From contig CAWHEU010000002.1 in NCBI GenBank assembly GCA_963828465.1, positions 1 to 64,000 of the forward strand: a stretch of 64,000 bases of DNA, written 5' to 3'. Positions 23,313 through 34,818 of this stretch are shown here, one piece after another. The notes under the pieces were generated by a model. That model was not told the origin of the DNA. It did not search any database and was given only the letters and a program-made list of their open reading frames with translations. Position 1 is the stretch's first letter, and every line of letters starts with the position of its first letter. Origin of the DNA: an uncultured Acidobacteriota bacterium (lineage in GTDB: Bacteria; Actinomycetota; Acidimicrobiia; Spongiisociales; ZC4RG35). The position numbers and the translations under genes are program-made.

Positions 23313-23659
23313 CTGCCACCCCCATTGAGGACCTCGTCCACCGAGTCCTTGAACCCAGTCCAATCATGACGCCATTGTTCGAGAGCGGCCCGGCCCGGCT
23401 TGGACATCCTGTAGTACTTGCGAGCCGGCCCCTCACTGCTCTGCACGAGGTAGCTCTCGATCATGCCCTGCTTCTGGAGACGGGAGAGGAGTGGGTAGAT
23501 CGAGCCCTCGCTGGCCAGGTGGAGCCCTCGGTCTCGGAGTTTGCTGACCATCTCGTAGCCATAGGACGCCTCCTCTTCGATTATCGACAGGAGGCACATG
23601 TCGAGGACCCCATGGAGGAGCTGTGTCGACCGATCCTGTCCGGTACTCCTAGGTACCAT
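23309..23659 (-). CDS. PadR-family transcriptional regulator
   Basis: SYGYE, EGSIYPLLSRL, GPARKYY. Confidence 0.9.
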   Translation of the reverse strand: MVPRSTGQDRSTQLLHGVLDMCLLSIIEEEASYGYEMVSKLRDRGLHLASEGSIYPLLSRLQKQGMIESYLVQSSEGPARKYYRMSKPGRAALEQWRHDWTGFKDSVDEVLNGGGR

Positions 23660-23710
23660 GTGCTACATACTACCCGGTATCGCCAGGAAATCAACGAGAC
23701 AAGCGTGTGG

Positions 23711-24064
23711 TTAGCGGGAGTTGATCCCGTCCCGGATCTCCCTGAGCAGCAACGTGTCTTCTGACGGCTCATCGTCGGCTTCGTCGGCCCTCCTCATCCT
23801 GTTGTAGGCCTTGACCACGAAGAACATGACGAAGGCAACGATGAGGAAGTTGATGATGGCAGCCAGGAACGCGCCGATCCGGATGTCCCAGACGATCCAT
23901 TCGGCGAGGTCCTGAACATCGAAGATCTTGGCGATGATCGGATTGATGACGTCGTTGGTGAGACTCGTGATCACTGCGGCGAAGGCGATGCCCATCACGA
24001 AGGCGACGGCGATATCGACGAGGTTCCCTCGATTGATGAAGTCCTTGAACTCGCGGACCATCAC
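23711..24064 (-). CDS. mscL: Large-conductance mechanosensitive channel
   Basis: EFKDFINRGNLVDIAVA..INFLIVA..LLREIRD. Confidence 0.95.
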   Translation of the reverse strand: MMVREFKDFINRGNLVDIAVAFVMGIAFAAVITSLTNDVINPIIAKIFDVQDLAEWIVWDIRIGAFLAAIINFLIVAFVMFFVVKAYNRMRRADEADDEPSEDTLLLREIRDGINSR

Positions 24065-24649
24065 TAGCTCCTTGGCGCCTGGCTGCCGACCCTAGCCAGT
24101 GCCCACCAGGCGACTGCGGTAGCCGCGGCAGAGGTGCCAGACGGCATGCGGCTGGAAGATGGATTCCGGGTCGCAGAGGGGCCCGCCGGTGGCACCGAGA
24201 CGGCCGAACACCGCTGCCGCCGCCAGAAGCAACAGGGGAGCCACCGTGGCCGGGGTGCGATCGCGGCGAAGAATCGAGATCACGGCAACAACGGTCATCA
24301 CGACGGCGAACGGGTCGGCGATGACCGGGAACACGGCGAAAAAGAGGCCGATGACTGCAAGGGCGGGGAGATGGGTGAACCGCTCCCACCGGGTTCCCCA
24401 TCCGGCCACCATGGTCACCAACCAGGCCAGCGTCACGTCGTGGGCCCACTCGTTGCCCGGTGGCATTGGGCCGTGGAAGAGGAGGGACCCGATCCCGGTT
24501 GCGATCAGCCCGATCCCGATCCATCCACCGTCCCGGCGCCGGGCGATGACGATGATCCCCGCCAAGACGAAACCGAGCGTGGTCAGGGCATTGATCGGCT
24601 GGCCGAGGAACCCGACCCCAATGGCCTCACAATCGGCGGCCGCCCCCAA
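24064..24649 (-). CDS. Ceramidase/CREST-like multipass membrane protein (ends approximate; probable frameshift near 3' end)
   Basis: CE..QPINAL, GSLLFHG, HAVWH motifs. Confidence 0.55.
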
Positions 24650-24656
24650 AATCGGC

Positions 24657-24932
24657 CTAGAAGAAGGGTGGGCCGAGGCTGACCACCTCGGAGACGGCCC
24701 TATCGCCGTTCACCCCGGTGGGGGTGAGCTGAGCGCGACCCCGCCCGTTGCCCGGGATCTCCAACTCCACGACCAAGGCCTTGCCGGCGACCGCTGTTCC
24801 CCGGAGTGTCTCCAGCGTGCCCTTCCAGCCTCCCATCTCATCGTCGATGACGAGGTTCGCCGACCCGGTCGTGAGAAGGATGCCGTCGCCTCCTAGGACG
24901 CGGACGGGTCCCTGGAAGGAGTCAGCCATCAC
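24657..24932 (-). CDS. Hypothetical protein
   Basis: 91-aa ORF coupled to the hspR stop. Confidence 0.55.
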   Translation of the reverse strand: MMADSFQGPVRVLGGDGILLTTGSANLVIDDEMGGWKGTLETLRGTAVAGKALVVELEIPGNGRGRAQLTPTGVNGDRAVSEVVSLGPPFF

Positions 24933-25321
24933 CGGTCCTCGCCGATGACGGGCCGCAGTTGGGAGCGAAGGACGATGTCGTGTCGGTATGAACGATGGAC
25001 CTCGTCGACCCGACGCTCCATCTCCTCCTCCAGATCATCGAGTTTGTCTCGCAGTCTGTCGACCTTGCGCTTGAGGGTGCGGTTCTCCTCCTGGAGGGCG
25101 AGGACGCGTCGGACGCCTTCGAGGTTGAGCCCCTGGCTGGTCAACTCCTGGATGAGCTGGAGCCGTTCGATGTCCTCCTGCGAATATCGGCGGGTGCCTC
25201 CAGGAGTGCGCGCCGGCTCGAGCAGGCCCTTGCGCTCGTAGATGCGCAGGGTCTGTGGATGCATCCCGGCCAGCTCGGCAGCTACCGAGATGACGAACAC
25301 TGCCCTTCTCGTCTCGGTCAT
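24929..25321 (-). CDS. hspR: Heat-shock repressor HspR (MerR family)
   Basis: ISVAAELAGMHPQTLRIYER..PARTPGGTRRYS, after dnaJ. Confidence 0.95.
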   Translation of the reverse strand: MTETRRAVFVISVAAELAGMHPQTLRIYERKGLLEPARTPGGTRRYSQEDIERLQLIQELTSQGLNLEGVRRVLALQEENRTLKRKVDRLRDKLDDLEEEMERRVDEVHRSYRHDIVLRSQLRPVIGEDR

Positions 25322-25328
25322 GTCCGCC

Positions 25329-26455
<1,127 letters not shown>

Positions 26456-26459
<4 letters not shown>

Positions 26460-27007
26460 TCTCGTGCTTCCAGCATCACCATGGCCGGCCGGAGGACACG
26501 GTCACGGAGCCGATACCCTCGGCGCAACTCGGACGACACGACGAGGTCGTCGGTGCCACCCGGGGCACCGACCGGCTCGTGGATCTCGGGGTCGAAAGCC
26601 TCACCCACGCTGGGCAACACTTCGAGACCTTCCTTCTCCAGCGCCGCAAGGAGCTGCTCACGGGTGCTGATCATCCCCGAGAGCAACAGTCTCTCCGTGT
26701 CGGTTTCGGCCGCAGTGCCCAATGCAGCGTCGAAGCTGTCCAGCACTGGCATCAACTCGCGGACGACGCGCTCGGCCGCCCGGTCCAATGTGGCCGCCTG
26801 CTCCCTAGTGGTGCGTTTGCGATAGTTGTCGAAATCCGCCGCCACTCGTCTCAGGTCGTCGAGATACGAAGTTGCCTCGTCTCGGGACTCCTCGAGATGG
26901 GCGACCAGGAGCGCGATCGCCTCCGCTGGGTCCTCGGGGAGGTCGATGCCCAGGGCAGCGGCGTCAGTGGGGCCTTCGGCCTCGATGATTTCTGGCTGAT
27001 CACTCAT
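26456..27007 (-). CDS. grpE: Nucleotide exchange factor GrpE
   Basis: ADFDNYRKR, FDPEIHE, GY..RVLRPAMV. Confidence 0.95.
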
Positions 27008-27038
27008 ACCTACAACCTATGACCTGGAACCTACGACC
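27008..27038. repeat. Degenerate heptamer tandem repeat (ACCTANR)x4
   Basis: ACCTACA ACCTATG ACCTGGA ACCTACG ACC. Confidence 0.55.
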
Positions 27039-27053
27039 GATGATGAGGACGCC

Positions 27054-28889
27054 TTAGGCGTCCTCATCATCAATGATCTCGGCCTCGACGACGTCATCGT
27101 CGCTGTTGCCTTCACTCTCGTCGCCTGCTGCGCCGGCCTGGCTCTGCTGGGCGGCCTGCTCGTAGAGCCTGGTCGCCATCGCTTGGCTGGCCTGGATCAG
27201 CTCGTCCATCTTGGACCTGATCTCGCCGGTCTCGGACGCTTCGTTCTCGAGGGTCAAACGGAGTGCCCCGAGGGCGGTTTCCACAGACGACTTCTCCTCG
27301 TCGTTCATGTTCTCGGCATGCTCCTCGAGCAGCTTCTCGGTCTGATGGACGAGTTGGTCGGCCTGGTTGCGGGTCTCCACCGCCTCACGTCGCTTGGCGT
27401 CCTCCTCGGCATAGGCCTCGGCGTCCTTGACCATGCGGTCGACGTCATCCTGGGCCAATGCGGTGCCGCCGGTGATGGTCATCTTCTGCTCTTTGCTGGT
27501 AGCCAGGTCCTTGGCGTGGACATTGACGATCCCGTTGGCGTCGATGTCGAAGGTGACCTCGATCTGGGGAACCCCCATCGGAGCCGGCGGGATCCCGGTC
27601 AGCCGGAACTTCCCAAGGCTCTTGTTGTCGGCGACCATCGTCCGCTCGCCCTGGAGCACGTTGATCTCGACCTCCGGCTGGTTGTTCTCCGCCGTGGTGA
27701 AGATCTCCGACCTCTTGGTCGGGATTGTGGTGTTGCGCTCGATCATCCGAGTCATCACCCCACCCTTGGTCTCGATGCCGAGAGTGAGCGGTGTCACATC
27801 GAGCAGGAGGATGTCCTTTACGTCGCCCTTGAGCACGCCTGCCTGGATGGCAGCGCCGGCCGCGACCACTTCGTCGGGATTGACGCCGCGATGAGGGTCC
27901 TTGCCGGTGAGGCTCTTGACGAGCTCTTGCACGGCCGGCATGCGGGTCGAGCCGCCGACCAGCACCACATGGTCGATGTCCCCCACGGCGATACCGGAGT
28001 CCTTGATCGCTGCTTCGAATGGCCCCTTGGTGCGTTCCAACAGCTCCTCTGTGAGCTTCTGGAACTCGGACCGGGTCAGCTTGCGCTGCAGATGGAGGGG
28101 GCCCTCAGACGTGGCGGTGATGAAGGGGAGGTTCACCTCGGTCTCCGCGACTGTGGACAGCTCGATCTTGGCCTTCTCTGCTGCCTCCTTGAGACGCTGC
28201 AAAGCCATCTTGTCCTTGCCCAGGTCGACACCGTGGTCGTTCTTGAAGCCCTCGACGAGCCAGTCGATGACCTGCTGGTCCCAGTCGTCACCACCGAGAT
28301 GGGTGTCACCGGAAGTCGCTTTGACCTCGAATACCCCCTCGCCGATCTCGAGCACCGACACGTCGAACGTGCCACCGCCCAGGTCGAATACGAGGATGGA
28401 GTGATCTGAATCTTCTTTGTCGAGACCGTATGCCAGGGCGGCCGCCGTCGGCTCATTGATGATGCGCAACACTTCGAGGCCTGCGATCTGGCCCGCCTCT
28501 TTGGTCGCTTGGCGCTGGGCGTCGTTGAAGTACGCCGGAACCGTGATGACGGCATCGGTCACCTTGTCACCGAGGTAGGCCTCGGCATCCCTCTTCAATT
28601 TCATGAGGATGCGGGCCGAGATCTCCTGGCCGGTGAGTTTCTTGCCGTCTACTTCTATCGACCAATTGGTACCCATGTGACGCTTCACGGAGCGCACCGT
28701 CTGGTCGGGGTTGGTGATGGCCTGGCGCTTGGCGACTTCGCCAACCAGTACTTCACCGTCTTTGAAGGAGACCACCGAGGGGGTGGTCCGCCCGCCTTCT
28801 ACGTTGGGGACGATGGTCGGGTCACCACCGTCCAGCACCGCAATGACACTGTTGGTGGTGCCCAAATCGATGCCTACTGCACGTGCCAT
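27054..28889 (-). CDS. dnaK: Chaperone DnaK
   Basis: [33 protein letters not shown]. Confidence 0.98.
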   Translation of the reverse strand: MARAVGIDLGTTNSVIAVLDGGDPTIVPNVEGGRTTPSVVSFKDGEVLVGEVAKRQAITNPDQTVRSVKRHMGTNWSIEVDGKKLTGQEISARILMKLKRDAEAYLGDKVTDAVITVPAYFNDAQRQATKEAGQIAGLEVLRIINEPTAAALAYGLDKEDSDHSILVFDLGGGTFDVSVLEIGEGVFEVKATSGDTHLGGDDWDQQVIDWLVEGFKNDHGVDLGKDKMALQRLKEAAEKAKIELSTVAETEVNLPFITATSEGPLHLQRKLTRSEFQKLTEELLERTKGPFEAAIKDSGIAVGDIDHVVLVGGSTRMPAVQELVKSLTGKDPHRGVNPDEVVAAGAAIQAGVLKGDVKDILLLDVTPLTLGIETKGGVMTRMIERNTTIPTKRSEIFTTAENNQPEVEINVLQGERTMVADNKSLGKFRLTGIPPAPMGVPQIEVTFDIDANGIVNVHAKDLATSKEQKMTITGGTALAQDDVDRMVKDAEAYAEEDAKRREAVETRNQADQLVHQTEKLLEEHAENMNDEEKSSVETALGALRLTLENEASETGEIRSKMDELIQASQAMATRLYEQAAQQSQAGAAGDESEGNSDDDVVEAEIIDDEDA

Positions 28890-28912
28890 GTTTGATGATC
28901 CTCCGAGGTCAG

Positions 28913-28962
28913 GTTGAGTGGGTTACGATGGTACAACCTGAGTCGGGTATTGTCATATTCCC
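28913..28962 (-). promoter_or_regulatory. dnaK control region: overlapping SigH/SigR-like and SigA-like promoters with HAIR-like half-sites
   Basis: GGAAT-N19-GTTG (28961-28934); ATGACA-N17-TACCAT (28956-28928); (C/T)TGAGT half-sites at 28914 and 28938. Confidence 0.55.
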
Positions 28963-28986
28963 ACCCAGAACGTAGAACCTAGAACC
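28963..28986. repeat. Degenerate heptamer tandem repeat
   Basis: ACCCAGA ACGTAGA ACCTAGA ACC. Confidence 0.45.
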
Positions 28987-29009
28987 GTAAAACGCATCAA
29001 ATCTCTGGC

Positions 29010-29435
29010 CTAGCCGAGCGATTTGATGTACTCGACCAGGTCGTTGATCTCGGCCTCGCTGAGGGAGTCCGCATAGGTGGTCGGCATAACTGCATCGAAA
29101 CCGGCCACGACCTGTGAGGCAGGATCGATTATCGAGTTGAACAGATAAGCATCGTCGGCGACGACCGTCTCACCACTGGCCAATGTCACATCCGACCCGG
29201 CCAGCCCGCCCCATCCCGGCCCGGTGCCGGCGGTCTCGTCGATGCTATGACAGGCGAGACATCCGGTCGCCGCCGCGAGGGCCTCCCCACGAGCGGCCGC
29301 CTCGCTGTCGAAAGAAACCGGTGACGTCGAATCAGTGGCCCCGGCACCGAGGGGCCGCCCGCTGAACGCCCACAGAGCCACTCCGAGCAGGATCGTGATG
29401 CCCAGAGCGGCCAAACCTTCGGCCCAAGTTTTCAT
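29010..29435 (-). CDS. Membrane-anchored c-type cytochrome
   Basis: CLACH heme motif, distal Met (VMP), N-terminal TM. Confidence 0.85.
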   Translation of the reverse strand: MKTWAEGLAALGITILLGVALWAFSGRPLGAGATDSTSPVSFDSEAAARGEALAAATGCLACHSIDETAGTGPGWGGLAGSDVTLASGETVVADDAYLFNSIIDPASQVVAGFDAVMPTTYADSLSEAEINDLVEYIKSLG

Positions 29436-29542
29436 GCCGCCGGAACCGTAGACACAGGGACGGCAATCCTATGGTTACCTGAGGTGCGTGGCGCCACTTA
29501 TGGCGTTGGGCGAACACAGAAGGCACGCCGCGAGGAGGAAAT

Positions 29543-30055
29543 ATGACGGCCATCGACCTCGTCCTGTTGATGTTTCGATTGTGGGTGGCGATCGTGATCA
29601 TCGCCCATGGGGTGAACCATGGCAGGACGCAGGAGGGCACGGCGAGGTGGTTCGCCTCCAAGGGGTTCAGCTCGCCACAGTTGAACGCCCGGATATCGGC
29701 CGTCAATGAGATCCTCATCGGTCTTGCGCTCATTGCCGGCCTTCTGACATCGGTCGCGGCGGCCGGCCTCGTTGCAACGATGGTCGTTGCCTTCTGGTCG
29801 ATTCACCGGTTCGCGGGATTCTTCAACTTCCACCGCCCCGACGAGGGGTGGGAATACGTGGCGACCCTGTCGGTCATCGGGATCGCCTTGGCGGTGCTAG
29901 GCCCGGGCCGGTATTCGGTGGACGAGGCGCTCGGGATAGCCGGGAATCTCGACGGGCGGGTGGGCCTTGCCATCATCGGAGCAGGGATTCTGCTCGCCGC
30001 CGGTCAGCTCGCCATTTTCTGGCGCAAGCCAACAGATGTCGGGAGCTCGGCTTGA
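29543..30055 (+). CDS. DoxX-family membrane protein
   Basis: HG..GWEY..GPGRYSVD. Confidence 0.85.
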   Translation: MTAIDLVLLMFRLWVAIVIIAHGVNHGRTQEGTARWFASKGFSSPQLNARISAVNEILIGLALIAGLLTSVAAAGLVATMVVAFWSIHRFAGFFNFHRPDEGWEYVATLSVIGIALAVLGPGRYSVDEALGIAGNLDGRVGLAIIGAGILLAAGQLAIFWRKPTDVGSSA

Positions 30056-30768
30056 GGGTCGGACCCCTGCCCGACGACTTCCAGTTCGCACGTGATCAGT
30101 TGCATCAACTGGCTTTCTTCGCTCTCGCCCCTGCCCGTTACGCAGCGGAGGAGCGGATGGGGCTGCGGGCGACCCCGGGTGGGTTCGGGACCCCGGCGTA
30201 TGGCGATGGGCGGATCTCGAGGATCGAAGGCAGGCTGCTGGTCCATGAGACTGGCGGGAATGTCGCCACACAGGCGATCACCACCATTCGCGCCGCCGCG
30301 GAGTTCTTCGGCGGCAGCTACGACGTCGACTGGTTCACAGAGTTCAAGGACCCGCTGGCGGCGATGGACCCCGATCGACCCCTGAAAGTCGAGGAGGCTC
30401 CGGCGGTCGCGTTAGGGGAGTGGTTCGCGTTCGGCTTCGACATCCTCGAAGAGCTGCGTGGTCATGGCAAGACGGCGGATGAGGTTTCAGAGGTCCAACT
30501 CTGGCCCGAGCATTTCGACCCCGCGATCGAGATGGGCACCGAGGGAACGAAGGCCAGTTACGGCGCCTCCCCGGGGGACCGGGGACATATCGAGCCTTAC
30601 CTCTACGTCTCTGCCTGGTCGGAGATAGACCGGGAAGAACTTTTCTGGAACGACCGCAACTTCAACGGCGCCAGTCTCCCCTTCACCGCTCTTCTCGAGG
30701 CCGACGACCAATCTCGAGTTGCCCTCGAGTTCTTCTTGGAGGGATATCGCATCCTCCACGCCCGATAG
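30052..30768 (+). CDS. Conserved hypothetical protein
   Basis: VQLWPEHFD, GASPGD..EPYLYV; TTG overlaps the DoxX stop. Confidence 0.65.
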   Translation: MRVGPLPDDFQFARDQLHQLAFFALAPARYAAEERMGLRATPGGFGTPAYGDGRISRIEGRLLVHETGGNVATQAITTIRAAAEFFGGSYDVDWFTEFKDPLAAMDPDRPLKVEEAPAVALGEWFAFGFDILEELRGHGKTADEVSEVQLWPEHFDPAIEMGTEGTKASYGASPGDRGHIEPYLYVSAWSEIDREELFWNDRNFNGASLPFTALLEADDQSRVALEFFLEGYRILHAR

Positions 30769-30769
30769 C

Positions 30770-31237
30770 TCAGACCCTGCTGTGCTCCAGTATCTCGGAG
30801 ACCAGACCTGCGGCCGCGGCCCTGACGATGCGAATGGTCTCGTCGTACCCGGCTTCGGGGCCACCCCACGGGTCGGGAACCTCGTCTGAGGTGGCGGCCG
30901 GGTCATAGGTCCGGAAGAGCCGGGTCCGCGCCTGCGCTTCCCGGGATGGAGCCATCTCGTGGAGATCGCGGAGATTGGCCCGGTCCATCACCACGATGAT
31001 GTCGAACCGGTCGAAGTCGGCCTGAGTCACCTTTCGTGCCCTTCCCTCGACGACGAGACCCGCCCGGGCGCCTGCGGCGACGCTTTCTGGGTGGGGTGGT
31101 TGGCCGATGTGCCACGCACCCGTGCCGGCCGAATCGGTCTCGACCTCGATTCCAGACTCGATCGCGGCCTCACGGATCGCCGCCTCCGCGGCCGGCGACC
31201 GGCAGATGTTGCCTGCGCAGACGGCGAGGATCTTCAC
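30770..31237 (-). CDS. Low-molecular-weight protein tyrosine phosphatase
   Basis: CAGNICRS P-loop, DSAGT, VPDPW. Confidence 0.92.
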   Translation of the reverse strand: MKILAVCAGNICRSPAAEAAIREAAIESGIEVETDSAGTGAWHIGQPPHPESVAAGARAGLVVEGRARKVTQADFDRFDIIVVMDRANLRDLHEMAPSREAQARTRLFRTYDPAATSDEVPDPWGGPEAGYDETIRIVRAAAAGLVSEILEHSRV

Positions 31238-32196
31238 GAGCCCTCCTCGGCGAGACGGCTCCGGGCCAGTTCGATGTATTCGGAATCGGTCTCGACCCCG
31301 ACGTAGTGGCGGCCGGTCCGCATTGCAGCCACCGCTGTGGTGCCCGACCCCATGAACGGGTCCAGGACGAGGTCATGTTCGTAGGTGTACAGCTCGATCA
31401 ACCGCCGAGGGAGGGCAACCGGGAACGGGGCAGGATGGCCGATCCGCTTGGCGCTCTCCGAAGGAATTTCCCAGATGTCGAGAGTGGCCTCCAGGAACTC
31501 TTCGGTGAGGATCGTGGGCTGATGGGGCTTTCCCTCGATCTCACGTCTCCCGCGCTTCACTGCCCGGTCGAAGCGGCCCTTCGAGGCGACGATGACCCGC
31601 TCGGTGACATCACGTAGAACCGGGTTCTGCGGCGATCGAAACGAGCCCCAGGCGCAGCTCCCACCTGCCCCTCGTGCCTTCTGCCAGATGATCTCGCCAC
31701 GCATCAGCATGCCGAGATCGTCTTGAAGGATCGAGATCACGTCGGCAGACAGCGATCGATATGGCTTGCGCCCGAGATTGGCGACGTTGATCGCCATGCG
31801 TCCCCCCGGCTCGAGCTTGCGCAGACACACGGCGAAGGCGTCGGTCAGCATCTCCAGGTACTCGACATAGGAGGAGGGAACATGACCTGCGGCGAGATCG
31901 GTCTCGTACTCCTTGCCGGCGAAGTAGGGGGGCGAGGTGACCATCAACGCCACGGAGCGGTCTGCGATCATGGCGTCGGTGATCTCACGGGCGTCTCCAT
32001 GCCAGATTTTGTCGACGACTACCGGCGGCTCGACCCGCTCGTCAGGCGAGATCAGGGGCGGCGTGAACCGGTCGTAGAAGGACGACGAGTCGTGTGACTC
32101 GCGCCTTCCCGAACCGAAGAGGGATGTGGCCGTAGCCGTCCGCCGCCGCGCCATAGACGGGGAAGTTACCTCCGCGCCTTCCGTGGATACCGGCAT
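31234..32196 (-). CDS. Orphan beta-class amino-methyltransferase (N4-C/N6-A DNA MTase)
   Basis: TSPPY (motif IV) before HPAPFP and DPFMGSGTT (motif I); no adjacent restriction enzyme. Confidence 0.88.
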   Translation of the reverse strand: MPVSTEGAEVTSPSMARRRTATATSLFGSGRRESHDSSSFYDRFTPPLISPDERVEPPVVVDKIWHGDAREITDAMIADRSVALMVTSPPYFAGKEYETDLAAGHVPSSYVEYLEMLTDAFAVCLRKLEPGGRMAINVANLGRKPYRSLSADVISILQDDLGMLMRGEIIWQKARGAGGSCAWGSFRSPQNPVLRDVTERVIVASKGRFDRAVKRGRREIEGKPHQPTILTEEFLEATLDIWEIPSESAKRIGHPAPFPVALPRRLIELYTYEHDLVLDPFMGSGTTAVAAMRTGRHYVGVETDSEYIELARSRLAEEGS

Positions 32197-32240
32197 ACCG
32201 GATTGCTCGCGGTATGCTTGCTATTGCAAGCACCAACCTC

Positions 32241-32828
32241 ATGACCAGCAACCACACAGACCCGGTCGTCGTGCCAGTCACGCTGCGTGATGGGTCAATC
32301 GCCGAAATACGACCGATCGGGCCTGCCGATCAGGAACTCCTCATCGAGGGTCTCCGACAGTTATCGCCCCAGAGCAAGTTCGCACGATTTGGCTCGGGGA
32401 TCTCTGGTCTGAGCGCCTCCGAGCTCCGATACCTGACCGACGTGAACCAGGTGAGTCATGTCGCCTGGGGGGCCACCATCGACGATGAGCCGGCCGGTGT
32501 TGGCCGCTACATCGTCGACCGCGCCGACGAGGCGGAGATCGCCATCACGGTCGTGGACAGATTTCAGCGCAGGGGGCTGGGACGCGCCTTGTTCGACGCT
32601 CTAGCGGCGTCGGCGCGGGCCGCCGGGATCGAGTCGTTCCATTTCGCCATCGAGCCCTGGAATCGGACTGTGCTCCGCATGCTGCCCGGCATCGAAGTCG
32701 GCCATGACGAGAGCGATGGGATGCTCACAGGGCGGATCGCGCTAGCCGAGATCCCCACCAGCGGGCAAGAGCAAGAGTTCGTCCACCTACTCGACCGGTG
32801 CCGCCAGACCTGGCCTGAGTCGGGCTGA
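32241..32828 (+). CDS. GNAT-family acetyltransferase
   Basis: LRDGS..IRPI, AEIAITVVDRFQRRGLG. Confidence 0.85.
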   Translation: MTSNHTDPVVVPVTLRDGSIAEIRPIGPADQELLIEGLRQLSPQSKFARFGSGISGLSASELRYLTDVNQVSHVAWGATIDDEPAGVGRYIVDRADEAEIAITVVDRFQRRGLGRALFDALAASARAAGIESFHFAIEPWNRTVLRMLPGIEVGHDESDGMLTGRIALAEIPTSGQEQEFVHLLDRCRQTWPESG

Positions 32829-32829
32829 A

Positions 32830-33246
32830 CTACTCCTCGGAGTCGAGCTCGAGCGCGGCCGAGTTGATGCAGTAGCGAAGGCCAGTCGGGTTGGGGCCGT
32901 CATCGAACAGATGACCCAGATGCCCACCGCAGTTGGCGCATTTCACCTCGGTCCGGACCATCCCGTGGGAGACGTCACGCGACTCTTCGATCCGCTCCGG
33001 CTCCAGGGCCTGATAGAAGCTGGGCCAGCCCGATCGCGAGTCGTACTTGGTCTCACTCGAGAACAGCTCTTCGCCACAGCCGGCGCACCGGTATGTGCCG
33101 TCGGTCTTGGTGGCCCAGTACTTGCCGGTGAAGGCAGGCTCGGTACCCGCCTCCCGTAACACCTGGTACTGCTCCGGGGTGAGCTTGTCCCGCCACTCGG
33201 CGTTGCTCTGCGGCGTGCTCGACATGTGTTGTCTTTCTTCGCTCAT
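32830..33246 (-). CDS. msrB: Peptide methionine-R-sulfoxide reductase
   Basis: CAGC/CANC Zn ligands, GWPSF, RYCINS. Confidence 0.95.
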   Translation of the reverse strand: MSEERQHMSSTPQSNAEWRDKLTPEQYQVLREAGTEPAFTGKYWATKTDGTYRCAGCGEELFSSETKYDSRSGWPSFYQALEPERIEESRDVSHGMVRTEVKCANCGGHLGHLFDDGPNPTGLRYCINSAALELDSEE

Positions 33247-33264
33247 GACAGATTCAATCGTCGT

Positions 33265-33729
33265 CTAGGTGACAATGTTCCGGGCGTCGTCCAAATTCGT
33301 GATGAGCCGGTCGATGAACACGGTCTGCGCTTGGTTGAGCTTGACCCGGGCCTGATCGACGCTCATCCAGACGACCCGATCGATCTCCGGGAAGCTTCGA
33401 CCGCTGATCGTGATCATGTTGGAGGCGAGCGTCTCGGGGTCCAGATCAGCCTCGACGGCGTAAGCGACCACGATCTTGCGTGATTTGAGCGTGGTCTCAC
33501 CCAATTCGATCCAAGGCAGGGGTGGGGCGGGCCAGCCGGTCTCCTCCTCGAATTCCCGAGCCGCGGCCTCCTCATCGGTCTCGTCGGCCTCGACGATCCC
33601 TTTCACGATCGACCACCAGCCGTTGTCCCGGCGAGCGAAAAATGGCCCTCCGGGATGGGCCACCAGGAGACGTAACTCATCGTCCAAGCGATAGGGAAGA
33701 AGACCCGCGGATCTCAACCGGTCCAACAT
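33265..33729 (-). CDS. NUDIX hydrolase
   Basis: HPGGPF, AAAREFEEETG, FPEIDR. Confidence 0.85.
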   Translation of the reverse strand: MLDRLRSAGLLPYRLDDELRLLVAHPGGPFFARRDNGWWSIVKGIVEADETDEEAAAREFEEETGWPAPPLPWIELGETTLKSRKIVVAYAVEADLDPETLASNMITISGRSFPEIDRVVWMSVDQARVKLNQAQTVFIDRLITNLDDARNIVT

Positions 33730-33798
33730 TACGCTGGCTCGGTGACTGTGATTCAGGCCAGGGATCGCCTTGCCGACGCCCCTGCAGATGCCGTCGCG

Positions 33799-34779
33799 AT
33801 GACCCTGCCCACGTTCCGGTTGCACCCCGGTGAGCTACTCGGACCCGGTCTCAAGCGCCTTGGTGTCGAGGCTATCGATGAGGCGATCTCGAGTCTTCTA
33901 CGACGGTGACGTCCATGTTCGGGGAAGCGGTTCACATCGCCCGAAAGTCGACCAAGAAGGTGAGGTCGCTGCTCCGACTGGTCCGATTCGAGGTTGGAGA
34001 GCAGGTGTACCGCTTCGAGAACGAGTGGATGCGCGACACGTCTCGACTCCTCTCCGCAGTCCGCACCTCGGCGGTGCTGGTGCAACGCGGCGCAGGACAT
34101 CCGGGACATGTATGCGCCGCTGTTGGCGGACGGCACGTTCGACGAGGTCTTGGAGCGATTGGCCGTGAACCGCGATCGCATCGAGGAGCGTGTGATGGAG
34201 GATCCCGAGATCATCCCGCGTGTCGTCTCGAATCTGGAAAGGGCCAGGGGGAGATACGAATCATGGCCCGCCGACCCCGAGGCCCGGCCGGTTTACGGAA
34301 TCGGTCTCCGCAACGACTACCGCGCCATCGGGCCAGGTCTCAAGGCCATCCATGCCCGAGGACGACACCAGATGGTGGCGGCCTATCAACGGCCGAGCCC
34401 GGAGTCTTTCCATCGCTGGCGGAAGCGTGTGAGATACCTCGAGCGCCAGATGGAGATCCTCACCCCGTTATGGCCGGAGGTGATGCTCGGGATGGCGATG
34501 ACGCTGGATCGGGTCTCAGAGCTTCTCGGCCAGGACCACGATCTGGCCGAGTTGCTCCAAGCGCTGGCCGACCGGCCGGATCTGTGCCCCAACCCGCTCG
34601 AACGGGCGCTCATGACCGCCCTGGCCGAGCAGCGCCGCTCCGACCTCCAGACGGCAGCTCGGATCCTCGGCCGTCGAATGTATGCCGAGAGCCCAAGCGC
34701 GTTCACAGCCCGTTTAGGTGCCTACTGGGAGTCGATGGAGCTGGCCAGGAGCACCGAGCTGGTCTCTCTCCCCGCCTGA
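33799..34779 (+). CDS. CHAD-domain (polyphosphate-binding) protein; several frameshifts
   Basis: VHIARKSTKKVRSLLRL, FHRWRKRVRYL, LLGQDHD. Confidence 0.8.
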
Positions 34780-34818
34780 TCGAGCGATGTCCTGGGCTAT
34801 CTAGGGTTGGCGCTGGAT

